Assembly: GCA_043228905.1 (NCBI GenBank)
Contig: JBHGNT010000017.1
Span: 2,418,001 to 2,482,000 of the forward strand
Reading direction: 5' to 3'
Source: Azolla caroliniana
Lineage: Eukaryota > Plantae > Polypodiophyta
DNA: 64,000 bases
Below are positions 34,195 through 46,900 of the stretch, piece by piece. Position 1 is the first letter of the stretch, and each line of letters starts with the position of its first letter. The notes under the pieces are model-generated. The model saw only the letters and a list, made by a program, of their open reading frames with translations. It was not told the origin of the DNA and searched no databases. The position numbers and the translations under genes are program-made.

Positions 34195-37100
34195 TGTCGT
34201 GAAGAATTTCGGCCATAGGCGAAAACCGGGAAACATTGTCTACATCGGCGGGGTGCAGCGTGTGTACGCACCCATGTACATTTGGTGTTAATATCGAGGG
34301 CGCCTTTATGGCGCCGAAGAGTAGTCAAGTCGGGACAGACGATCCCATGAAAGTCGGGATTTGTCCCACATTCTAACGCGTCCCTCTCCTTGTTCTATAA
34401 AAGGGAGGGAACGCCCTTTGTAAAAGGGTTGCCCATTTTGGATTAGAGGATATACCGGTAGGTTTAGGGTTAGGTTTCTTCTGCTTCTTCTTCTTCCTCT
34501 TCGTGTTCGTTTAGGGTTGGCTGCACCTTATCTCCTATGCAAGACCCCGCTCGGCGCGACGAGCCCGAGAGCTCCCCGACGGCGGCTTGACAGCAGACGA
34601 CTGTTGTAAACTATCCTGGTCCGGCTCGAAGCCGGGAGTGTATTCTACATATATATATATAAATATACATTTGCGTCTGTCTGTGTATATTCGCGTCTTG
34701 TTGGTGTCTGTTGCTCCCCTCCTTCCCTGCGTTTCCTGTACAAGAGGGCGTGTGTGCGTGTGCGTGTGCGTGTGTGCGTGTGTGCGTGCGTGCGTGCGTG
34801 AGTCGGTGTCAAGCACGCTCTCTCACTCCCTCTCTCTCTTCGGCTGCTTCCGGTGCGTTTCAGGGGTGCCCCAGAAAACGGTGAAGTGCGACTTCCTACG
34901 CTCCGTCGCTCCCTAGTCCAAGACCCCCGTAGTCCCGCCTTTCTCCACGCACGCGCGTAACAACGCGACATCTTTGGTGAACCCGACGTGAAAGGCGGCA
35001 AGGGAGGATGGAGTCGGAAGACGACGACCTTGCGGAGATGGTGGCCGAAGTAGTGTTGGAGTCGGCACGAGTGGTGATGAGGTGAGAAGCAGCGCAACAA
35101 GCGGTTGGGTGAGCGGTCGAAAGAGTCGGTCGTTTCAACGGGGACAAAGTCCCATCTTACTTGGAAGTCTACAACGCGGAAATGGTAGAGTGTGGCGTAG
35201 ACGAGGCGTTGAGGCTGGAGTTCTTCTGCCGGGTCGTAGCTGTCCGGATGCATGCGGAAGTAATGGAGCTCTGTGAGGCTCGTGGTTCATGGGAGGCCTT
35301 CGAAGAGGCGCTCCTAAAGGCATACGGAGGACGGCGGAAGAGTCGGGGACGACACGACTTCGACCAGTGGGTAGCATCGACAAAGACCCACCGGGGTGTG
35401 ATGAAGGCATTCCGGGAGTTCGAGCGACGACTTGCTCGGCTCCCAGAGCGGGAACAAGGTTTGGTGGGGGCGGACAAAGTCCTTTTGTTCGTCAGGTCGA
35501 TCGACCGAGCGGAACGGGAAGCCATCGGGATTGAGCTCAAAGACGATGATGGAGCGAATGGGCTTACGGAGGACTGGTCGAGGGTCGGAAGGGTGTGCCA
35601 AAGGCTAGACAACGAGCGAGCCGATAAGGCTAAGAGGAAGGTACGCGACGGCGTGCCATCACAGCGCGAAGAGGCTGAACGGCAAAGAGAGTCGGCAAGG
35701 GTCGGCGTTGGGGCCAGGATTGCGGAGGCGTACGCAGCGCTCAAAGCGATGCTCGAGGAAGAGGGGGGATCGAGGCCAGAAGCTGAGACTGAGGAGACGG
35801 ACTTGCCCCACGCGACGGCGGAAGATCGGTACCACGGTAGCACGGGAGAGGGTGCGGAACAAAATGCCCTCTCGACTTGCGGAGATAGAACGGCCAAGGA
35901 CGAGGCCGAGATACCGATCGCGGAATCGAAACGTTCGGATCAGCGGTTTAGGGCGTGTCAGCCCGAGGTCCCGGTCATTGGAGAAGCGAGCCAAGACGGG
36001 CTTTGCGCGATCGGTAAGAAGAAAACCGCCGACCACGAAGAGTCGGTGGCTACGGACAAGGGCGTAAAACGGACGGGTGATTCTTTGTGTCTTCCCACAC
36101 TTGCTCCCAAGACGATGGCAGTCGGGCCCAAGTACCCACGTGAGTCCGAAGCGGAGGAAGGCGGCGGCAGAGGGCCAAGAATCACTGGCGAGATGATACG
36201 GGGAAGGAGCGGACGAAAGCCCAAGGACCCGATTCCGGAGAACTCGGCATTAAGGCCCGTATGCCCATGTAAGACCGAGGAGATGGATGGCGGTACCGAG
36301 GAGTCCTGGCATGATGCCAACGAAGTCGGATGGGAAACGGGCTGCGAGGACGCCGAGGGCGGACACGGCACAAGGCGATCGGCATTCCGATACGGTTGGA
36401 GCGTGATCCGGTCATGGATCGTTCGATCGGGTCCAGTTTCGGCATGAAAGAGCCGATACGGAAGGGGGTGCGGGACGAGCCACCCTCTTTTACATGGGGA
36501 GAAAGACCGACCGGGCGAAGGTCGAGATTTGGAAGGAGAATGAAAGTCGGTCCTATGGGATTCCTTACATCGATCCGGCTGCAGGCCCGAGTGTCGGCGT
36601 GAGTCCTATAAGAGAGATCGATGGCGACAGGAGAACGGGACTCGGCAATCCGGAGAAGGACGAACGGACCCGGACAAGAACCGGGCGGAGCAGACTCCCG
36701 GATGACCATTCCGGGAGGGAGGAAGAGAGCAGGCCTACGAAGAGGCCGAGGACACGGTACGTCGGTACCACGGGAGAGGGTGCGGAGTAAACCGCACTCT
36801 CGGCATGCGGAAAAGGATGACCGGGGATAGGGTCAAGAAGGCGACGATAGCCCAAGGAGGATCCTTCACACCGGTTCTAGAGACTTCGGCAGTCGGCAAC
36901 GAGGTCGACGTAAGATACTGATGGTGGTGGCGAGGTGACGAAGGCAAGGGCTACAAATCGGGCGGTCTACGGAGGATCCTTCACACCATTCCGGAGACCA
37001 TGGCGGTTCGAGCCGACGCGACGACGTAAGACCATGGAGAAGGAAGGTGGCGGCAAGGTGACGAAGACAATGGGCGTAAGGAAGTCCGGTCCTACGGGAT

Positions 37101-39187
37101 CCCCACACTTAGCCAGAGACTCCGGCAGTTCGGCCAACGTGGCAACGTGAGACCGAGAGAGAAGGTTGGTGGCGGCGGGAAACGGAACCCGGCTACGCGG
37201 AAGGCACGAGGATAGTCCGGGAGGGACTCAAACAAAAGACACCCGACTTTCGGCAAGCATAGAAACGGAGTCCGGCCCTATGGGACCCTCACACTGATCC
37301 GGAGACTCCGGCAGTTCGGCCAACGTGGCAACGTGAGACCGAGGGAGAAGGACGGTGGCGGGAGGGAACGGGACCCGACGACACGAGGTATCGGAAGGAG
37401 CCGATAGGGGTGAACACGGGGAGGTGTGTCAGGCTGGAAAGGCACACCTTGGACAGAACAAGAGTCTCGCGAGTGGCCATCACGGGCCGGATCGAAGCGT
37501 GACTACGGGACGCCGCTCGGCGCGGGCAAGGCCGAACGAAGGAAGCGGAAGACGGCACAAGGGAGGTGCCGAGAACGAAAGGACAAGTGCCTAGTGGACT
37601 ACACAGGGTCGGAGTCAGGATGGCAAGAGAGGCCGGAGGAGGATCCTCCACACTCGCTTCGTAGATCTCGGTGGCTCCGTCGAAGTAACGAAGACTGACA
37701 CGGCAAGCCGGGGTGACAAGCTGGTGGGGGCGAGGGGACGACGGCAAGCAGGGGACTCAGGACCTGTTGCAGCAGCACGACGACAGGAAGGGCCAAGCGG
37801 GCTACTGCAGGGTGTTCCTCGGATGCAAAGAACACCGGTATGCGGGAGAACAGTGATGCAAGATCAGGCCGGAAAGGGGCCGACGAGGGGTGTAACACGG
37901 GCAGTGCCAAACAACAGACGAGGGTAGGTGGCACACGGAGGTGCCAGAGCAGAAAGGCGAGCGCGAAGCGGAAAGGGATCTTCCACACCGTTCTGGAGAC
38001 CATGGCGGTTCGAGCCGACGCGGCGATGTAAGACCATGGAGAAGGAAGGTGGCGGCGGAAGGACGAAGGCGACGCGAAACACCATCGGGACATCACGATT
38101 CGACAACGGAGGCCAACCGGGCTGCCACGGGCATTCCTCTAGCGGAGGACATCGGGCATACGGCGGGAAGCGGGGCGTTTATACGGCCGAACAAGGGCCA
38201 ACGAAAGAACGCGTGCGACGGAGATCGCGGCAGAGGACCCATCGACGGGTCGAACGAGCCTACGGGGAGGCGAGCGCGAAGGGAGACTCGAAGCCGCCGG
38301 ATCAAACCGGCAGTGAACCGAGATGCGGATCATGGGAGACCGGTTTCTCGCCGGCCGAAATCTCTCACCCTTCAGCCAGATTTGGCACGTACCGGTGGAC
38401 GTGCAATTAGGTGGGGGCGGATGTCGTGAAGAATTTCGGCCATAGGCGAAAACCGGGAAACATTGTCTACATCGGCGGGGTGCAACGTGTGTACGCACCC
38501 ATGTACATTTGGTGTTAATATCAAGGGCGCCTTTATGGCGCCGAAGAGTAGTCAAGTCGGGACAGACGATCCCATGAAAGTCGGGATTTGTCCCACATTC
38601 TAACGTGTCCCTCTCCTTGCTCTATAAAAGGGAGGGAACGTCCTTTGTAAAAGGGTTGCCCATTTTGGATTAGAGGGTATACCGGTAGGTTTAGGGTTAG
38701 GTTTCTTCTGCTTCTTCTTCTTCCCCTTCGTGTTCGTTTAGGGTTGGCTGCACCTTATCTCCTATGCAAGACCCCGCTTGGCGCGACGAGCCCGAGAGCT
38801 CCCCGACGGCGGCTTGACAGCAGACGACTGTTGTAAACTATCCTGGTCCGGCTCGAAGCCGGGAGTGTATTCTACATATATATATATACATATACGTTTG
38901 CGTCTGTCTGTGTATATTCGTGTCTTGTTGGTGTCGGGTGCTCCCCTCCTTCCCTGCGTTTCCTGTACAAGAGGGCGTGTGTGCGTGTGCGTGTGCGTGT
39001 GTGTGTGTGCGCGCGTGAGTCGGTGTCAAGCACGCTCTCTCACTCCCTCTCTCTCTTCGGCTGCTTCCGGTGCGTTTCAGGGGTGCCCCAGAAAATGGTG
39101 AAGTGCGACTTCCTACGCTCCGTCGCTCCCTAGTCCAAGAACCCCGTGGTTCCGCCTTTCTCCACGCACGCGCGTAACAACGCGACA
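34195..39187 (+). mobile_element. Element B3: non-autonomous gag-only LTR element (LTRs 34195-34970 and 38422-39187)
   Basis: TSD ACGG on both sides; Trp PBS; gag-like frame 35008-36447 with early stops; no pol. Confidence 0.92.
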
Positions 39188-40312
39188 ACGGAGACGCCGG
39201 TGAAGATCGGGGAGAAGAAAGAGACCGCGGTAGCTTTGATCGACCACGGCTCGGAGATCAACCTCATGTCAACCGACTTCTACAAAAAAGGAAGATGGCC
39301 AATCAATAAAAACCACGTATGGAAGATTCGCGCGGCAACAAAGTCTACGGAGGACTTGTACGGAGCTTGTCCAAATGTCAAAGTCACGATCGGCGATGTG
39401 GAGATGGATCAACACTGCTTCGTACAAGAATCGGCGTCACATCCTGTAATCCTAGGGCAACCTTATATCACATCATCTCGGATGGAGACCAAAGTGTTCA
39501 ATAATGGAGCAGCCTTCGCACGAATAAAGAGTCTTGACAACCAAAGATCTGTCCAATTCCTAACGGTGCAAGCCAATCATGAAAGGAATCGAGATAGTCT
39601 TGGAGGCGAATCCTCGGAGTTTTAGAGCGGACTATTGAAGCATGGGGCACAAATAGTCCGAGCAATCACAAGACCCCACAAGTAAGAAGAGTGCGTGGAT
39701 TGCGAGGAGAAGCAACATGTGTCACACCTAGTGGCGCATGTAAACTAGTACTACTCGACAAGAAGGACAAGCGTCGGATACAAGAATTCGAGAAGATGCT
39801 GAAAGAAGAAAACATAATAGAAGAAGGAGAGTTCGTGACTCATATTATGGAAGAAGCCTCATTTAACGACACCATCGGCGAAATCGAGGACGTCGTGGAC
39901 TTGAGCTATCTTCCCGACCAACGCGTGATTTCGGTTAACTCCGTCAACATGTAAGCTATCATCGATGAATACCGTCATGGCATCTCGATGAAGGAAGCTG
40001 ACATCAACACGAAATATAAAATGGTGGATAAGAAGATCAAGCCAGTTGCGGTTCCGCTACCGGAAGATTGCTGGCAAAAGATGAAGGAAGTCGCTAACGA
40101 TCCAAGCTTAAGAGATCCGAAGACGATAGGTCATGTCTTCACCGAAGAGACGAAAGGGAAGCTACGAGTTGGAAAGGAGGATTTCCTTCTCCCTGAAGAG
40201 GAGCAAATGTTTCGCAATATGCTTGAGAGACATGGGAAGGCTTTCACATTCTTCCCACGAGAAATCGGATGTGCCGACCCAAAGGTTATAGAGCCGATGG
40301 TGATCTTCACAG

Positions 40313-40963
40313 TGTCGTGAAGAAAACCATCCCTTAGCATAATCGGTGCATAGCGCGAGTGAACTGGCTCTTCACGCGTGCGCGCCCTTTAATGTATATA
40401 ATAGAGAATTAGGTACAAAGGTATATCCTAGGTAGTTAGATTCGGTAGGTAGGAAGTTAATGAGGGAAACGGCTCCCTTCTTGAAGCTATAAAAGAGAGG
40501 GAGACGCGGGGAAAGAAGGATTTTTTTTTAGAGGAGGACGAAGTGTTGTCGGACCGTAACCGAACGCTTCTCCTCTATTCGTTCTCCATCGCTCTTCTCT
40601 GCAAGTTTTCGGGAGGCTCGCGCTACTTCGAGGAACGCCCGTGTGCTTCTGGCAGCACCTCCATCCTATCCCCTTTCGTGCGCAAACGAGCAGGCATCGG
40701 CATCTGTTCGCCTGCCTGTTCGGTTGTAACCGCTCGCATGCTCTGTTGTTTATTTGTCATTCGTTAATATACAAACATTCGTGTCTCTCTGTCTCTGTGT
40801 CCATTCGTGTCTTCTGCGTTGACGGGCCGTGTCCTTGTGTTTCTTTGCTCATACGTAACCGGGCGTCTCTCTCTTTCTCTTTCCCCTTCTCTCACCTGCT
40901 CTTCGGTTCAAGACCCCGGTGGTCCCGCCTCGTTTCTCCACGCACGCGCGTAGTAACGCGACA
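40313..40963 (+). mobile_element. Solo LTR G (651 bp), a distinct family of the same Gypsy group, inserted in D pol
   Basis: TGTCGTGAAGA...AACGCGACA; TSD ACAG/ACGG; the host frame MVIFT|VPHVPW is restored on removal. Confidence 0.88.
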
Positions 40964-43900
40964 ACGGTGCCCCATGTGCCTTGGAATTTGAAACCGATAC
41001 CGGTTCCGAGAGCACACCTTCCGAAGCTGATCGAGCTCTTAAAGGAGAAGGTGAGTATGGGAATTCTAGAATTGTCGAATGCTCCTTATTCCAATAGGTG
41101 GTTCACAGTGCCGAAGAAGAATGGATCATTGCGATTCATCCAAGATCTTCAACCCGTCAACAAGGTGACAATTCGAAATGCCGGAATTGGTCCGAGCGTG
41201 GACGAATTTGCCGAAGCGTTTGCGGGCCGGTCCATCTACTCCATTGGCGATCTCTACTCCGGATATGACCAATTCCAATTGGCGATCGACAGTTGGGACA
41301 TTACAACCATGAGGACTCTGATCAGGTTTGTGCGGATGTGTACCTTACCCCAAGGCGCAATGAACTCGGTGGCTCATATGGTGAATACCATGAATAAAGT
41401 CTTGAAGGATTGCATCCGGGACATCACGATGCCATTCTTGGATGATATTCCGATAAAAGGATGTTTGGATTAGGAGAAAAATGAATCGAAAGATAAGGAA
41501 GGTTGTAGAAAGTTTGTTGCGGATCATATGAAAGAGTGCGAGAAGGTGCTTCAAAGGCTCAAAGATGCGAATTTGACATTTTCAGGAGAAAAATCCGCAT
41601 TCGGGCAACCGGAGATCTTGGTGGTAGGTCACTTATGTGGGGCATACGGCCGGAAGCCTTCGCCATACAAAGTGAATGCGATCCAAGACATGATAGAAGA
41701 ATGCGAAAATCAAATGGAGGTTCGAAGGTTCCTTGGAGCATGCGCATTTTATCATATATGGATTCCTCACTACACTCATGTCGCCGAACCCTTATATGAA
41801 CTACTAAAGAAAAGAATGAAGTTCGAATGGCGAAGCGAGCATACAAACGCGATGCGAGGATTGAAGAAACTACTTCTTGAAGCTCCATCACTAAGAAAGG
41901 CCAACTATACTGAAAGGAAGCCGATTTTTGTGATTGTAGATACGAGCCCAACCAGAATCGGGTGGGTCATCAACCAAGAAGGAGAAGATAATGCACGATA
42001 TGCCATCCGGTTCGGAGCGAAGGTTCTCAGCGAACGGCAACAAAGATATGCCCAAGTCAAGCGGGAACTTTGGGGTATTGTGTCGGCAGTGAAGATGGAC
42101 AACGATTACCTGATCGGGTCGGAAATGATAATAGAGACAGATTGTCTCTCAATTCTCGGAATGGTCTCGGGATGTGTTCTTGCTATGCTAAGGTGGATCG
42201 CCTACATCAAGTCTTTAAACCCAGAGATCCATCACATTGCAGGGAAGAAGAATGCCATGGCTGACATGCTGTCGAGGGCAAGATTTGAAAATGGAAGCGA
42301 CATGGTTTCGGAAGATGAAGATGTCGCCCTCGACTTCTTCAAGATGGTTCAATTATCGACGGAAGACCAGGACACGCAAACCCTCCACGCCGTCAACGAG
42401 AACGAGTACGAAGGAGAGCGATTACTGATCGGTAGATTCCTAAGAACATTGACGGAAGATGCTTCGTTGACAAAGGAGGAGGCCCTACGAATTCAGAAGA
42501 AAGCTCACCGATACTTCTTGAAGGGAGGATTCCTTTGGCGACATCCAAAAAGAAGGACAGAATACCACGTCGAGTGGTGGTGAAGAAAGAAGAGCAAGAG
42601 ATGTTGATGACTGAATTCCATGAGAGTGCTTGGGCAGGTCATAGAGGAACATGGGCGACGTTCGAAAAGTTGAAGGAGAAGTACTGGTGGCCAAGCATGT
42701 ACAAAGATGTACTCCATTTCGTGTCCACATGCAAAACTTGCCAAATATATTCAAATATACGTCATCGTGATGAGTTACAGCCGACATACCACTCACCATA
42801 CACTTCAAATGGATGGTGGATCTGGTCTCGATGCCAATGGGAGTGGGACAAATGAAATACTTAGCGCTGGCAAGGGAAGACTTGACAAATCAAGTGGAAG
42901 GACGAGCCTTGACAAATAAGACGACTTCAGCCATTTGCAAATTTCTGCTTGAAGAGGTTGTTTGCCAATACGGATGTGTGGGGAAGATAGTGGCCAACCG
43001 AGGGGAGTTGGATGCACACGAAGCGACGGAGCTCTTCGAACGACTAGGTGTGAAGCTCTCCCTCACGACTGCCTACAATCCGGAAGCGAATGGGAAGATC
43101 GAGCGAGGGCATGGAGCTATTGTTAAAGCTATCGTACGAGCATGCAACGGTCGAGTCAGGAATTGGCCACAACTATTACCCTATGCCTTGTGGGCCGATA
43201 GAAAGACACACAGCTCGGTGACAGGGTATATGCCGACGGAGCTTATGTATGGACAAAAGCCGGTTATGCCCATCGAAAGGACGATCACCTCATGGGTAGC
43301 GATACCGTGGGAGAACGAGATGAGCCGAGAAGAGTTATTAGCAGTGCGGATAAGGCAACTTGAAAGAAGACCTGAAGATCTAGAAAAAGTGCGAAAGATG
43401 ATGGAGGTAGCCCGAGTAAAGAACAAAGTTCGGTTCGACAACACGCATCGACTTCGTCCCAAGAAGATTGAAGAAGGAGATTGGGTTTTGGTTTACGACA
43501 ATCGCCTTGACAATCAACACAGTACAACAAAAAAGTTCGCTAGAAGATGGTTCGGGCCGTATGTGGTGACAAGTGCCAACGATAATGCCACATACCACCT
43601 TGCGGAGCTAGACGAATCAAGGTTGGTCGTACCCATTGCGGGAAAAAGAGTAAATATTTTTAAGAAAAGACAAGACGAGGATCTTGACCTCGATTACCTC
43701 GACGATGAACATAATAGGACGGATGTAAATGAAGACATGGAGGAATCTGATTGATCACCGTAGCCGAAATCTCATTTTCTCTCTTCTTGGCATGTACCAG
43801 AGGACGTGCGGTTTGGTGGGGGTGGATGTCGTGAAAATTTTCGGCAATGGTGTGAAAATCACATAAAACGTACAAAATCGAGTATGAATCACATAAAACA

Positions 43901-46900
43901 ATAATAGTGAAGTATCTAAGTACAAAATGATAGAGGTCTTCAACAGTTTTCGAATACACTTTATTACATGAGAAACGGACAACTAGATGTCAAGATATGA
44001 GGGTATAGAGTTTGTGAAAGGAAAAGAGAAAACTGTGAGATATCCCACATAAGCACGACAAATACGGCTCTCATAATATATAAGGTAGAGCAAAAGCTAT
44101 TATCTTTGTGTCTATGTGTTGAACATAGAGAGTTCAAGGTAACTTGAACTAAGAGTGGAGGTGGCCTAGCCACTTGTAAAGGTTTTGGCCAACCAAAACC
44201 GGATCAGCTCCATAGCCGGTGATCCGGCAACAGCCGGCAAAGCGACGGTGGCACACCGACAACCGGTGATTCGGCGGAACCGACATCCGACCGGTGACTC
44301 GGCGGAATCGGCATCCGACGGCGACGACATCCGACGGGCCGATGGCGGCGGCATCCGGTGACCGACGGTAACCGGCGGCGACCGGCATCTGGCAAACCGG
44401 TGTCCAAATTAATAAATAAATATATATCACACATATATACACAAGGAGGGCAAGTGAGGATTCGAACCTTGCACCTCCTAGTTAAGAGTCAATTGGCTTA
44501 CTAGTAAGCCATGACATTTAGTTGGATTTATATTTCTATCATTGTACTTTTACATGGAAATTCTCATACATGAGAACTAAAATGAGTGACATGGTTATCA
44601 TGCACCACATGTAATACATGAGCGCTAAATGGCAAACATGCATTTTATGCATGTCTTGTACCCTCACATGCATCATATGCATGAGAGCATCTATAAAAGA
44701 AGGGATGAAAAAGAAGGATTAGGCTTTTTTTTTGTTATGAAATTAAGAAGAGAATTCGTTATTGAATTGATCGTGTAACTTGTTTCTTAACATCTAAAAT
44801 CAAGAGTTTAATCTCGATATCTCTCTCTTGGTCATATCAATCTTTCTCAATCTAAGTCAAGCGTTTAATCTTAATCTCTTTCTCTCTCTCGTTCTATCCT
44901 AAATACTTTCTCGCTAAGCTTGGTGCGAACTTTGATCCTTCCGGTTCAGAACCCCGGCGGTTCCGCCTCGCAATCCACGCGTAGTGATGGATCTTCACGA
45001 CAGCACTCTCGGCTCAATAAGTGTCAATGTGGAGGATGACGAAATGGTGCAAATATGCCTCGGCGGCCTGGCATCACAATTCGGCGCGATGCGGACCGTC
45101 GTACTAGCACGGGAGAATTCACCCTTCTTCTTTGATCTTCAATCTATGTTATTGGTCGAAGAGAATCATGTTCGAACTAGGAGCAACGCCTTGGAAGGCC
45201 ACATGCTCTACACGCATTTGAATGGAGGAAGAGGACGCGGCCGAGCAAGAGGCCGATTCGGCCAAGGACGAGGCGGCGGACGAGGTCTGACTTACGACAA
45301 CAACTCCCAATTTCGGCAACAAGACGGGAGCCATCAAGGAACCTTCGGAAGAAGGGGGAGCTTTCATTCCGGTTTGAGTCGACAAAACTTAATCGAATGC
45401 GGATATTGCGGAAAAATCGGCCACCATGAAGAAGAGTGCCGAAAGAAGAAGCGTGAGTCGGCTTCCACAAGCCGACAACTCACCAATTACACCACCAACT
45501 CCGACGATGAAGATCATGGCGGAATCCTTGTAATGAGACATAGAGCAAATTCTATGTCGGCCTCTACTTTGACTAATGCCTCCAATCTGGAAGATGTATG
45601 GTTCGTCGACTCCGGTGCTTCAAACCATATGACGTCCCATCAAGAATGGTTCAAAGACCTTCGAGAGCCAGATCGACCTGGTTATGTCGAGATCGGAGAC
45701 AACACCACTCATCTGATTCGGCATGTCGGCAATGTCCCATTCGGGAAAGAAGGTGAACAAAATTGCATAAGAAATGTCTTACATGTACCTACCATAACGA
45801 AGAATTTGGTCTCGGTTAGCCAAATCAAGTTCGATTCAACCAAGGAGGTTGCTTCATCGAGAAGGAAGGCTGACTAATTGCTCGTGGTCGAAGGGAAGGT
45901 CGAATGTTTATCGTCAAAGCGAACGAGGTAAAATCGACCATGTTCACAAAGGGCATCAAACCTGGCACCAACATAGAGCTATGGCATAAAAGAATCGGCC
46001 ATATCAATCTCAACAAACTCAAGGTGATGCAATCAAAAGGAGTCATCATTGGGCTCCCGACCTTCAAAGAGAAAGAGATTGAAGGAGTATGTGAAGCATG
46101 CCAATTCGGCAAGCAACATCGACAACCGTTCCCGAAGGAGAGGCACGTGAGCAAAGGCCTTTTAGACATAGTGTGGGGACCGGCACAAACAGCCACATTC
46201 GGAGGATGTTGGTATTATGTTACCTTCATTGACAGCTTCTCTAGATACACATGGATCTTTCCCATGAGGATGAAGAGCGAAGTGTTTACACACTTCCAAA
46301 AATTCAAAAGCGAAGTCGAAAAGACAATTGGGCATCATGTACAATGTCTTCGGTCAGACGGAGGAAATGAATACTTCTCTGATGCGTTCACGGCATACCT
46401 TCGACAAGAAGGAATTCGGCGAGAATTCACTTGCCGACACATACCACAACAGAATGGTGTAGCCGAACGCAAGAATTGGCACATCCTTGAAGTAGCAAGG
46501 GCCATGCTAAATGAGAATCATGTGCCCAAGTCATATTGGGCAGAAGCTGCAAATACCGCCGTCTACCTTATGAACCGGTGCACAACATCCGGAGTGCACG
46601 AGGTCACCGCGCACGAGAAATACTATGGGAAGAAGCCTAATCTATCCCATGTAAGGATATTCGGCTCCATTGTATACGTACACATTCCTGATGAGAAGCA
46701 GTAGAAGCTTGACCCAAAATCAGAGAAGTGCATCCTTGTGGTGTACTCACTGGAGCAAAAGGGGTACAAGTGCTTCAACCCCTCTACTCAGAACACTTGT
46801 TTAAGTCGGGATGTCGTCTTTGACGAATCGACATCATGGCACAAACCTGAGCCGAATCCTCCCGAGCCATCTATGAATGACCTCGACAACACAGAAGACG

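Larger units (their letters stand above)
26415..45002 (+). mobile_element. Element D: full-structure Ty3/gypsy retrotransposon, now degenerate (LTRs 26415-27561 and 43827-45002)
   Basis: PBS 27570-27587 (tRNA-Trp); gag 27674-28298 and 33094-34194 with CVWCDNMDHMRRDC; protease ALIDHGSEINL (39192-39625); RT FLDD; RNase H; integrase H..H..CKTC and GPY to 43754; no chromodomain evident; PPT before 43827. Confidence 0.93.

Noticed and set aside
28380-39188. Many 60-240 aa ORFs in B LTRs and interiors, including ERERER/LSLSLS runs
   Set aside because: Products of GC-rich sequence and (CT)n/(GT)n microsatellites; no domains other than the gag-like ORF.
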